A stretch of 64,000 nt of DNA from positions 30,814,001 through 30,878,000 of the forward strand of contig NC_082725.1 of NCBI RefSeq assembly GCF_030144855.1. Direction: 5' to 3'. Position numbers and translations under genes: made by a program. The DNA is from Hypanus sabinus. Lineage: Eukaryota. The notes under the pieces are model-generated. The model was not told the origin of the DNA. It worked only from the letters and a program-made list of their open reading frames with translations, and did no database searches. This document shows, in pieces, positions 39,222-50,805 of the stretch. Position 1 is the stretch's first letter. Each line of letters opens with the position of its first letter.

Positions 39222-39530
39222 TGGGTGCCACAATAGTGTAGCAGTTACTGTGACACTACTACAGCTCAGAGTGTTCCGGAGTTCGGAGCTCAATTCTGGC
39301 ACCATTCTGTTAGGAATCTCTGGACACCCTCCCTGTGGAATATGTGGGTTTTCCCCAGGTACTCTGGTTGCCTCTCACAGTCCAAAGATGTACCGGGTAG
39401 GTTAAATGGTCATTATAAATTGTCTCATAATTAAATGAGGGTTAATTGTGGTTGTAGGGTTGCTGGGGCGACGTGGCTCGATGGCCGGAAGGGCCTATTC
39501 TGCTCTGTATTGCTAAGTATATAAATAAAT
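39222..39530 (+). mobile_element. tRNA-derived SINE
   Basis: A/B-box-like head, TGGGTTTTCCCC...CTCACAGTCCAAAGATGT core, CR1-like tail ending (TAAA)n. Confidence 0.75.
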
Positions 39531-39880
39531 GTACTTGGCAGCATCTGAGTGCTTATATTGCACTCCCAGTATTACCTGAGTATGGTGCAGGAAAGCTAAC
39601 AAAATATTATGGATCATTATGAGGGGAATTGACTACATAAGTAGAGAGGCATTAATCTGATCCTGTGGCGACCCATTTCCTGGCACATCCGAACCGACTC
39701 ACAATTAGATAGCCTACGGGGGTTTGCGAGCACAGAGCTTTGGAGCCTCTGCGCCACGGGGGGCAGGTTGAGGGAGGCTTAAAAGTGAGGCTGAAGATTT
39801 CGAATAAAGTTTTTTCCTTCGACTGCAGTTACCGACTCCGTGTCGTAATTTTAGCGCTGCGTGTAGCACACCGCTACAAT

Positions 39881-39893
39881 TGGTGACCCCGAC
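39881..39893 (+). promoter_or_regulatory. Primer-binding site complementary to the 3' end of tRNA-Trp
   Basis: TGGTGACCCCGAC, 2 nt after the 5' LTR; complementary to ...GUCGGGGUCACCA. Confidence 0.85.
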
Positions 39894-39918
39894 AGTCCAA
39901 ACGATTTTTGGACCAGAA

Positions 39919-40608
39919 ATGACCGACGACACCTCTATTCATGCGGTTTCGTTGAAACTGCCGGGTTTCTGGACACAGTGCCCGAACCTATGGTTCCAGC
40001 AAGCCAAAGCCCAATTCCACGTTCGCCAGATCACCTCAGAAGACACCCGCTACTACTACGTGGTGAGCTCCCTCGACCAGGACACAGCGGCCCAGGTCGC
40101 GGAGTTCGTACAGTCGCCCCCGGCAGACGGCAAGTACACGGAATTCAAAGCCCTGCTCCTCAGGACTTTCGGACTCTCACGGCGTGAGCGGGCTGCCCGT
40201 TTACTGCACCTGGATGGCTTGGGCGACAGACCTCCATCGGCTTTAATGAATGAGATGTTGTTTCTGGCCGGAGGACACGAGCCCTCCCTCATGTTTGAGC
40301 AGGCATTCCTGGAGCAGCTGCCCGAGGACATATGCCTGCTGCTGTCCGACGCGGATTTCAGTGACCCCCGGAAGGTGGCAGCCCGGGCAGACTTACTGTG
40401 GAACGCCAAAAAGGTGAGCGGGGCGTCCATCGCACAGATCGCCCAGCCACGCTCCCAGCAGCAAACCAGTCCAGGCCCAGCCGCAGAGCCCGCCAACCCC
40501 CGGCCCAATGCACACTGGTGCTTCTACCACCAGCGGTGGGGCGCAGAAGCCCGCCGTTGTCGCCCGCCCTGCCAGTTCCCGGGAAACGCCAGGGCCAGCC
40601 ACCGCTGA
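39919..40608 (+). CDS. Gypsy gag ORF (intact)
   Basis: KLPGFW...WF motif, LGDRPPS, and terminal WCFYHQRWGAEARRCRPPC motif typical of this Gypsy clade. Confidence 0.85.
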   Translation: MTDDTSIHAVSLKLPGFWTQCPNLWFQQAKAQFHVRQITSEDTRYYYVVSSLDQDTAAQVAEFVQSPPADGKYTEFKALLLRTFGLSRRERAARLLHLDGLGDRPPSALMNEMLFLAGGHEPSLMFEQAFLEQLPEDICLLLSDADFSDPRKVAARADLLWNAKKVSGASIAQIAQPRSQQQTSPGPAAEPANPRPNAHWCFYHQRWGAEARRCRPPCQFPGNARASHR

Positions 40609-43600
40609 TGGCTACGGCGGCTGGCCATCGGGATAGCCTCCTGTATGTGTGGGATAGAAGGTCGGGACGCCGGTTTTTGGTTGATACTGGGGCTGAGATC
40701 AGCGTTTTACCTCCGACAAGTTACGACACCCGCAGCAGGGCACCGGGTCCCCCCCCGAGGGCTGTGAACGGCAGCACAGTAAGGACCTATGGCACCCGTC
40801 AGGTGCAGCTACAGTTCGGCTCCAACCAGTTCACGTGGGACTTTTCACTGGCCGCCATAGCCCAACCGCTTCTGGGTGTGGATTTTTTGTGGGCTCACAG
40901 CCTGCTGGTCGACCTGCCCAGGAAGAGACTGGTACACGCCAAGACCTTTCAGATGTTCTCCCTGGGTGCAGCCCAGTTGCCAGCCCCTCACCTCGGCTCC
41001 ATCACGCTGTCCGACAACAACTTCACCAGGCGGATTTCCCATCGGTTCTGGCACCGCAGTTCACAGCGGCCATGCCCAGGCACGGCGTACAGCACCACAT
41101 CCCGACCCAGGGACCACCCCTCCACGCCCGAGCTCGGCGGCTTCCCCCGGACAAGCTCCGACTGGCGAAGGAGGAGTTCCAGAGGATGGAGGAATTGGGG
41201 ATCATACGGCGGTCCGACAGCCCATGGGCCTCCCCCCTGCACATGGTGCCCAAAGCAACGGGAGGCTGGAGACCGTGCGGCGACTACCGCAGGCTGAACG
41301 AGGCTACCACACCGGACCGCTACCCTGTGCCGCACATTCAGGACTTTGCAGCAAACCTGCACGGGGCACGGATCTTCTCCAAGGTAGACCTCGTCCGAGG
41401 GTACCATCAAATCCCGATGCATCCTGACGACGTCCCCAAAACGGCTCTCATCACCCCGTTTGGCCTTTTCAAGTTCCACTGCATGCCGTTCGGCCTGAAG
41501 AATGCCGCACAGACGTTCCAGCGGTTAATGGACGCGGTGGGACGGGACCTGGACTTCGCATTCATCTATTTGAATGACATCCTCATAGCCAGCAGCAGTC
41601 ATCAGGAGCATCTGTCCCACCTCCGTCAACTCTGCGCCCGACTGAGTGAGTATGGTCTTACAATCAACCCCGCCAAATGCCAGTTCGGACTCGATACCAT
41701 TGACTTCCTGGGCCACAGGATTACTAAAGACGGGGCAACCCCTCTGCCCGCTAAGGTAGATGCGGTCCGCCTCTTTCCCCGACCCACCACGATCAAAGGC
41801 CTTCAGGAATTCATAGGTATGGTCAATTTCTACCGCCACTTCCTCCCTTCAGCTGCCCGGATTATGCGCCCCCTGTTCGCCCTGACGTCGGGTCCGAGCA
41901 AGGACATTACCTGGGACGAGGAGTCCGCCACCGCTTTCGTTCAAACGAAGGAAGCTTTGGCGAATGCCGCAATGCTAGTACATCCCAGAATGGACGCCCC
42001 TACCGCCCTCACAGTGGACGCATCAAACACGGCAGTCGGTGGGGTGCTGGAGCAACTCATCGCAGGTCGCTGGCAACCTCTGGCGTTTTTCAGCAAACAC
42101 CTGCGACCACCCGAGCTTAAATACAGTGCTTTCGACCGGGAACTGTTGGCGCTCTACCTGGCAATCCGGCATTTCAGGTACTTCCTAGAAGGTCGGCCCT
42201 TCACCGCGTTCACGGACCACAAACCACTTACCTTCGCGTTTACGAAAGCGTCCGACCCCTGGTCGTCCCGCCAGCAACGCCACCTGTCCTAGATCTCTGA
42301 ATACACGACGGATGTCCGGCACGTCTCGGGTAAGGACAATGTCATGGCGGATGCGCTCTCTCGCTCTACCGTTCATGCCCTTTCCCAAGGGGTAGACTTT
42401 GAGGCACTGGCAGAGGCGCAGCAGGCGGATGAGGAGATTCCGAGTTACAGAACCGCAGTCTCCGGTTTGCAGCTCCAGGACCTCCCCGTGGGCCCGGGTG
42501 ACAGGACCCTACTCTGTGACGTCGCCACCGGCCAGCCCCGTCCCGTCGTCCCGACAGCCTGGCGGCGCTGTGTTTTCGATTCCATTCATAACTTGGCGTA
42601 TCCCTCCATCCGGACAACTGTCCGGATGGTTTCCAGCAGGTTCGTTTGGCACGGACTCCGCAAACAGGTCAGTGAATGGGCCAAAACGTGCATGCACTGC
42701 CAGACGGCCAAGGTGCAGCGGCACACCAAAGCCCCACCGCAGCAGTTCCATCCCGCCCACCGGCTTTTCGACCACATTCATGTGGATATCGTGGGCCCCT
42801 GCCAGTGTCGCACGGAGCGCGGCACCTCCTGACTATTGCGGACCGGTTCACAAGATGGCCAGAGGCGGTCCCGCTCACCGACACCACCTCCGAATCTTGC
42901 GCCCGAGCCCTGATCGCCACCTGGATATCTCGCTTTGGTGTACCAGCCCACATTACCTCCGACAGAGGCACCCAGTTCACCTCCAGCCTGTGGTCAGCTA
43001 TGGCCAGCCTTTTGGGGACTCAGCTGCACCACACCACTGCCTACCACCCCAGTCGAACGGGCTAGTGGAGCGTTTCCACCGTCACCTGAAGTCGGCCCTC
43101 ATGGCCCGCCTGCGAGGAGCCAACTGGGCAGACGAGCTTCCCTGGGTCCTACTCGGCATCCGCACAGCGCCCAAGGACGACCTGCACGCCTCGTCGGCCG
43201 AGTTGGTATACGGCGCACCCCTGGTCGTCCCCGGGGAGTTCCTACCAGCCCCAAGGGGGCAAGAGGAAGATCCCGCAGCAGTCCTGGGCAGACTACGCGA
43301 GAAGCTCGGTAACCTGGCCCCCATACCCACTTCACAGCACGGGCGGCACCCGACCTGCGTACCCAAAGACCTACAGAACTGTAAGTTTGTGTTTGTACGA
43401 AGGGGCGGGCATCGGCCACCGCTGCAGCGGCCATACGAGGGGCCGTTTATGGTGCTCCGGAACAACGGGTCCACGTTCATGCTGGACGTTGGGGGGAAAG
43501 AGGAGGTTTTCACGGTGGACCGCCTCAAACCGGCCCATGTGGACCTGGCGCAACCGGCCGAGTTTCCGGCACCTCGGCGCAGAGGTCGACCTCCCAAGCA

Positions 43601-43660
43601 GGTTCTGGCCCAGACTGTGGACATTGAGGGGTGTATCGCCGGTTCTGGGGGGGGGGGGGG
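40581..43660 (+). pseudogene. Gypsy pol (PR-RT-RH-IN), disrupted
   Basis: Split across ORFs 40398, 40835, 42344, 42676 and 42399. Frameshifts near 41025, 42800 and 43050; TAG at 42290-42292; RT catalytic YLDD mutated to YLND. Confidence 0.9.
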
Positions 43661-46600
43661 TTATGTGGCGACCCATTTCCTGGCACATCCGAACCAACTC
43701 ACAATTAGATAGCCTACGGGGGTTTGCGAGCACAGAACTTTGGAGCCTCTGCGCCACGGGGGGGCAGGTTGAGGGAGGCTTAAAAGTGAGGCTGAAGATT
43801 TCGAATAAAGTTTTTTCCTTCGACTGCAGTTACCGACTCGGTGTCGTAATTTTAGCGCTGCGTGTAGCACACCGCTACATTCCCATCTGGGGCACCATTT
43901 GCTTATTGAACTCATTAATTTAATGAATTATATTAATATGTAGGAAACAAATCAGACATTTTCTAGATTAATACTTGGAATGGTCAAGTTGTCCTTTGTT
44001 TAAAAATGAGGATTGTTGAACATAAACATTTTCTCTCAGTGGGTATAAATCTTTGAAATCTTCACCAAAAGTGGTAGTAACAGAATTTCTGAATATTTGT
44101 AAGGTAGAGAGAGGTAGATAGACTTTTGATAAGCAAAGAGGTGAAAGATCACCAAAGGCAGAAGGTATTATAGGTGTAAGGGTTACATGAGACTAGCCAT
44201 GACAATATGATTTGGTGGAGTAGATTGGAGTCAACTTCAAATCTGAAAGGAGTTCAAGGATCTCCATAATATTCTAACAGAGTCCATAACGGACCAAATC
44301 AAGCTGACTGCTAGTTGTTGTCAGCTACTTGCATCTCAAAGTTTCCAACACAGTGGTCTGTTCACAAAAAAAACCTCAAGAGTGCTGAAAAGATGGACCT
44401 AGAAAACTGGTTTTGGCTACCTAATTGCTAAAGATGCAAATAAGTTTGCTACTCTAGCATGAACTTTACCCATGCACTTTCAAAGCAAACTTTCAAAGCC
44501 AAGTCATTATGATTCAGGGCTGCAGGTGCTTGTTATCTACACATAGCAACAGAGATTTCAAGTGAAATTTAGGAGTTTTCTACATCTCAAACAGTTCCCA
44601 TTGAGGCTCAGATTGCAGCATTCCTCCATCTGACATAAAAGGTAACGGGTTTATCTTCCACTGCAATTTAAGATACATATAATCCAGGCTGGCAAATCAC
44701 TGCAGTACTGAAGGAATGGTGTTACTGTTGGAATCCTGCATGTTTGGGTGAGTTATTTGTTCTCAACAGGTGGTCATAAAAAGTTGTGACATTGCATTGA
44801 TGCTCCTCGCACACTAGACAATGATTAGACCTTGACTAACATTGGTACAACAAATTACCTAGTTACTACATAGCTGTGTGTGGAGCGTAGCTCTGTGCAA
44901 ATCGAAACCCAAGATTATTTTAAGACTTGAAAATAAAACACGTGCATGATGCTTTGCATGCAGACAACTCAAATTACCTCTTTCATTATTGGAAATGAGT
45001 TCTTAATATTGCTGCAGATTTAATATTGTGTTTATATCTGTAATGGACTGTAGGAAACCAGTTAGACAATGACAAAAAGATAATAGAAAAAATTATGGGA
45101 TGCTAGTCTAATTAGGAAGGTAGGGCCAAGGAGATTATATTCAAGGATGATCAAAATGGCATAATCAACTAGCATAGACACCAAATGCATAGTAGAGCTC
45201 AATTTAGATCTGCAATAACCAGGTGATGGGTAAAATGTATATGACAGAATGTAATACACAGCATCTGAGTTTTGGGTAACCTCAAGTTCATGGAAGAAAG
45301 AATGATGAAATCTAATGAGCAGAATATTCAAAATGTTACATCAAATGAAACAAATAAATAGATAAGGGTTTCATAACTTGAGGGAAGAGCACAACAGATA
45401 TGAAAATAGATACCTTAATGATGATGTAGAGCTATAGCCCAAAGCTATCTTAAAGATAAATAAAACTTCAAGAATAGGTACAATAAGCTTCATACAGATG
45501 ACTGGCAGAGAGATTGAATCACAGCCTTGGAAAATGACACATTTAAATAGAGTTAACAAGGGCCTGAGATAAATACATCAGCCTTTTTATTATTCATTTG
45601 CAGGAAGTTTGGGCTCATCTAATTCTAGATACCTTTGAGGCAAGAATACTGACAACTTAAAAAGAGTGGAAGGTACAAAGTGAGATGATTTCAACTTAGA
45701 GCTGGTTGTGTGCATGGAATTCAATGCTGTATTTTTGGAGAATGCTGACAAACAGTAGCATGATTAAAAAGTGTCCACAACAGTTAACAAAGGAGGAAGA
45801 GAAGTACCTGGAGAATTTCTCAAGGTGAATGCATGCAGAATGAAGGTATAGTGACTATGTCCAGGACACAAGGCAGCTTTCATGACACACTGTCAGTAAT
45901 GATGCACAAACTGCATATTAAGGGAATAGAATTATTCTCAAGTGTGGTGCTGTCAGGGACTAGCAAAACACAGTTCGAGGGGGCACTGTGCAGTAACCAT
46001 TGACTTCATTAATACTGAAAGGAATCAAACTTCCAAATATAACCTACAGATAGTCATCTGTTCTGAAATTACAAGAACAGCAGTATAAGCAAGTAGTATT
46101 GTCTGGTAAGAGTACATGCTGTCAATACACAGCAGCACTCCATTTAAAATACATGAAAAAGAAAAAACTGATGTGGCAATCTTGATTTCTCACTTATCTC
46201 ACTTATCTATAGAAATGTCTGGGAAAGGAAAGGTGTCAGAATCTGAGTTTTCTCATTGGTTGCCAATTCTTTGTGGTTTTCAACTTCAGAGCAGTTGACG
46301 TCTTTTCTGAGTTAACTGAACTTCCTTTAGATGAGATCATTGATGAAATGATATAAACTGAATATTATAATTTCAAAATGGATGTAGAAACAAAGCAACC
46401 ATAGGCAATACAAATAAAATGAATTAGCCTGACAGAGCCAGTCAACTAAGGCATTAAAAATGAATGCAACTTCAGTATTTTTTCAATTGCAATTCAGAAT
46501 GAATGTGAAAAACTGAATCCATAAATCAGTAGGGAGATATGAATGCCTGTTATTAAGGAAGCTCTTGAAGTGCAACTACAGAATAATAACAAAATTAGGT

Positions 46601-46689
46601 AGAACAAAATAGAATTGATTTATGAAAAGAAAATCAAGTGTATCCAATTTGTTGATTTTTCTTGAGCTTTTAGTGCACAGAATAGATAA

Positions 46690-48730
46690 AGTTTCAAAGT
46701 TGAATTCATTGTCATATGTGCATGTACTGTATTTACATGCAGACACAATTAAAAACTTGTAGTAGTATCAGATACATAGAATCATATAAGCAGCACTCAC
46801 AAGAACAGTTATACATTTTTTAAATAAAAGTGAACGCAATTAGACAAAAATCAACAAAGTCCATTTTAGTGCATCATAGTTGTTAAATGGTAGCGATTGG
46901 GGTTTTGCTGGTTGGTTCAAGAACTGAATGATTGAAGGGAAAGAGCTGTTCTTGAAGCTGGTGACATGGGACTTGAGTCTTCTGTACCTGCTCCCTGATG
47001 GTAGCTATGAAAAGATGGCATGGCCCAGATGGTGGGAATCTTTGATGTTGCCTTCTTGAGGCAGTAGATAGTACCAATTGTGGGGAGGGATGTGGCCGTG
47101 TTGTACTGGGCAAAATACACTACTACCTGCAGCTTCTTAGGTTTATGTGTATTCGAACTGCCATACCAGACCATGGTGCAACCAGTCAGAACACCACCAA
47201 CAGTGCTCCTTTGGAATTATTGATAGGTTGAACCTCTTTAGTCTCCTAACAAAGTAAGACACTGCTGTGCTTTCCCCCTGACTGTATCTACGTGCTGCGC
47301 CCAGGACAGATAATTCAGTATGTTAACACACTAGAATTTAAAATTGCTGTGACTCTGCACCACTACTCACCCATGCAAATTGGCACATGTTTTCCTTCCC
47401 CATCTTCAAGTCAAATATCAGTTCTTTAGTGTTGCTCATGTTGAGCAGAAGTTTGTTTTAGCAATGCTTAAGCAGGTGTCCTATCTCACTCTGGCAGGCT
47501 GCCTTGTCATCACCTCTGATTTGTGTTGTTACCAAATTTGAAGATAGCATTGGAGTTGTGCTTTACCATAGTCACATGAATATAGAGAATAAGGCAAAGG
47601 TTATGCATACACCCTAACAGTGCACTGGTGTTAATAATCAATGGAGAGGAGGTGCTGCTATCAATGCTTATTGATTGAAGTCTGCCAATGAGGAAGTTGA
47701 GTATCAATTTGCAATGAGAAGTATAGGGACCCAGGTCTTGTGCCTCTATGACTCTAAGGCCCTGGTTAAGATTTTTACTGCTATGGAGCAGGTATTTGAT
47801 TTTAACAGTTCTATAAGAGCAGTCTGCTCTGCTTTCAGCCTGCTTGGGTTTGAGCTGAGATAACAGGCTTTTTTCTTCAACTTAGGAATGTAGTGTCAGC
47901 CAATCAGGACGGCGGAATTGGGAGAATGTTCTGGACAGCGCTGGGCAGAGACGTTTTGGAGGGAAACTGGTGTGGGGCGAGGTCTTTTTTTGGCAGGAGC
48001 AGGGAGAAGACAGGAGGGGAGATGGCTAAGGGTGCCATCCCTTTTGCACAAGGTGCTCAGTGCAGATGAGTGGCTTCAAGAAGCACCAATACTCCCATGG
48101 AAAACCCATTTGTTCAAAATGGATTTCAAGCAACATTCAGAAGGTGGTGTGTGCTTTCACACAGACCAAGGGTCCAACATGTGAATTACAGACAAGCTCA
48201 AGATGAGCCCCAACTTATCTGCACAATTGACTGTTAAAGAATAATGGGTCCTTTTTGCTTTATTCTTTTATTCCTTTATTAACTGTTTGTTTAAGTTAGC
48301 ATTCTTAAATATAGTTCTTTATATTTGTATGCAGTGTATTCTCTTTTATTTCTTGCAGACGGGCAATTACCAGGGGCAGTAAATCACACAAACGAGGTTA
48401 GAGTGGGTGAGACATCCCAAACTCATGGATTTTGTGGGACCAAAGTCGCATATACCTTAGATGTACGAAGTGGATTTCTCACTGTGGAGTCCAGTGGCTG
48501 TTAGTGAGGGGCTAACGAGTTGCATTTCCAGAGATGCCAAATAAAAAGGGGTTTCAACTCTATTGGAGTAAATCCAAGTCATTTCTGAGGAAGGAGATGG
48601 TTTACATCATAACCAACCTTTCAAAGCACTTCATTACTGTTAATGTAAGTGCTACAGGATGGTAGTCATTGAGGCAGGTTACTACACTCTTCTTGGGCAC
48701 TGGTATAATAGATGTGTTTTGAAGCAGAAA
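46690..48730 (-). mobile_element. Rex1/Babar LINE fragments interrupted by a solo-LTR-like insertion
   Basis: [32 protein letters not shown] (48602-48720), ILNFLIGR (about 47700), VWYGSS (about 47170). Confidence 0.78.
47753..48556 (+). mobile_element. Solo-LTR-like repeat, copy 1
   Basis: Shares start (T.TAA.GCCCTGGTTAAG), AGCCAATC, AAGATGAGC.CCAACT...AATGGG.CCTTT and ...TTTCA end with 49586-50208 and 61723-62619. Confidence 0.6.
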
Positions 48731-49585
48731 CGAAAGATAAACTTGTTTGTAAATCCTCCAAATTTTTTTTAAATTTGTACCAGCTGTCTCTTGTGGATTC
48801 ATCCTCTTGAATGCCTAGATGTTGGTCCCAGAGACTGAAATGACATGGTCATCCAGGGATGTGATGCTCATGTGAGGAATAAAGATATAGGGAAACTAAT
48901 GGATGTAGTATATTTGGTCTTTCTGACCTGACATATTGTACACAACACTGATCTTGATGAATAGCAGAGCAGGCTCAAAGGTGATTCACTGCAGATTCAG
49001 AGCTCCGGCACCGGGTCCTAATGTCCACCTCACTCACAGGTTAAATAAGGACTGGGGTTCCGCTGGGTCCTAAGTTCCACTGCATTGAGACAGGTTGAAT
49101 AAGGGACTTGAGCATTCGTATTTTTTGGTATCTGCGAGGGGTCCCGGAACCAATCCCCCGCGGATAAGGAGGGCCAACTTTTTATGTGGTTATGATAGAT
49201 GGAGGGTAACAAAGATACACCAGATTGATTCCTGGCATGAAAAACTGGTGGAGGAAAGAATAAGTAGATAGTCTCTGGATGCTCCAGGGTTTAAAAAAAT
49301 GAGAGCAGTGAACTCAGTGAAATATGCAGAATTCTTATGGGGATCACAAGCACGAGGAAATCAGCAGATGCTAGAAATCCAAAGCAACACAAACAAAAAG
49401 CTGGAGGAACTCAGCAGCTCTATGGGAAAGAGTAAAGAGTCAACGTTTTGGGCCGAGACTCTTTTTCAGTATATAAAGGGATATATAGGATAAATGCAAG
49501 ATTTATATTTCCCCTGTTTCTCCCCGTGTCTAGAAACAGGGATTCACAGATCCGAAATAAAGAGGAAGGCCATTCGAGACAGAAA

Positions 49586-50208
49586 TATAATGCCCTGGTT
49601 CATATTTTTATAATTATGCTGTATGTATTTCATTTAGGCAGTTCTGCAAGAGCAGTCTGTTCTGTTTTCATGCTTGTTTGGATTATTGTTGAAGGAAAGA
49701 ATTGAGGAGAAATATGTGCCATTCAAATAGGATGGTTGAGTTAAGGGGACGTTACTCTGGTGAGGGACACTAAGGTTGGGCTTGGGGCTTTTGATCAAGA
49801 GGAGAAGAAGGGAGAAGACGCTGAGGAGAACCGGTGGGAGACCTGTTTGTTCAAGATGGATTGCGAGTGATGTTTGGAAGGCGATGTGTATTTCCACACT
49901 GACCAAGGGCTCAGCACGTGAGTGATAAAGAAGTTCAAGATGAGCTCCAACTGATGCGCATTTGGCTGTTTAATTGGGAAGGGCCCTTTTCTTTTTATTA
50001 TTCTTTACCTTTAGTTAAGATTCATAAACATAATTCCTTTAATCATATGCAGTTACTTCATGGCATTAATTTGTAACAGGGTAGCGAATTACACAGCATC
50101 CACACAAACAGGAGTTTGGTGTGGGAGCGTGCCACAGTCTCACGAGTTTGACAGGGCCGGAAGTTGCCTTCCCTGGACTTACACAACTGAGGAAACCATG
50201 ATGTTTCA
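49586..50208 (+). mobile_element. Solo-LTR-like repeat, copy 2 (only in duplication unit A)
   Basis: Absent from the paralogous site at about 57245. Ends in CA; imperfect 4-bp TSD GAAA/GAAG. Confidence 0.65.
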
Positions 50209-50264
50209 GAAGAAATTGGTTTTCACCCAAAAGGTTGCAACATTTTTTTAGATAAACATATGAG

Positions 50265-50805
50265 ATTTTGTGGAAGCTAATAATCCATAGTAACACAAGC
50301 AAAAGGCTGGAGGAACTCAGCAGGTTAGTCAGCATCTATGGAGAGGGATAGAAAGTCAGTGTTTCAAATGGAGACCCTTTTTCAGGACTGGAAAAGATGG
50401 GGGAAGAAGCCGGAATAAGAAAGTGGCGAGGAGGTGAAGGAGTACAAGCTGGCAGATCATGGGTGAAAGCAGGTAAGGGGGAAGAATGGATAAGTGAGGG
50501 AAGGGGGATGAAGTAAGAAGCTTGAAGGTGATATGGAAGAGGTAAAGGGCTAAAGAAGAAGGAATCTGATGGGAGAGGAGAGTGGACCACTGGAGAAAAG
50601 GATGGAGTAGGCACACCAGGTGGAAGTAATGGGCAGGTCAGAAGGTGCAAGAAAGGAGCTAGGATGGGGAATGGAAAAGAAGAAAAGGGAACAAGGGAGA
50701 TAATACCATAAGTTGGAGAAAATATGCCATCAGGTTGGAGGCTACCTAGGCTGAATATGAGGTGTTGCTCCTTCAATCTGAAGGTGGCCTCATTTTCACA
50801 GCAGA
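50265..50805 (-). mobile_element. Penelope-like element 3' remnant
   Basis: NEATFRLKEQHLIFSLGSLQPDG, pyrimidine-rich linker and the same terminal repeat. Confidence 0.75.

Larger units (their letters stand above)
39664..43879 (+). mobile_element. Gypsy/Ty3 LTR retrotransposon, near full length, defective
   Basis: TG...CA LTRs at 39664-39878 and 43664-43879 (3 substitutions + 1 indel). PBS TGGTGACCCCGAC; G-rich PPT at 43647-43660. gag, then PR (FLVDTGA), RT, RNase H and integrase (HHCC, GPY/F-like YEGPF). GC-rich against the flanks. Imperfect TSD ATCC/TTCC. Confidence 0.97.

Noticed and set aside
40056-43915. Many overlapping and antisense ORFs in the Gypsy element
   Set aside because: Expected from high GC content; no recognisable domains and no env-like ORF.
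46190-46360. Possible additional FYCO1 exon
   Set aside because: No frame resembling the expected upstream FYCO1 peptide (the LIR-containing FDIIT segment) and no convincing splice pair.
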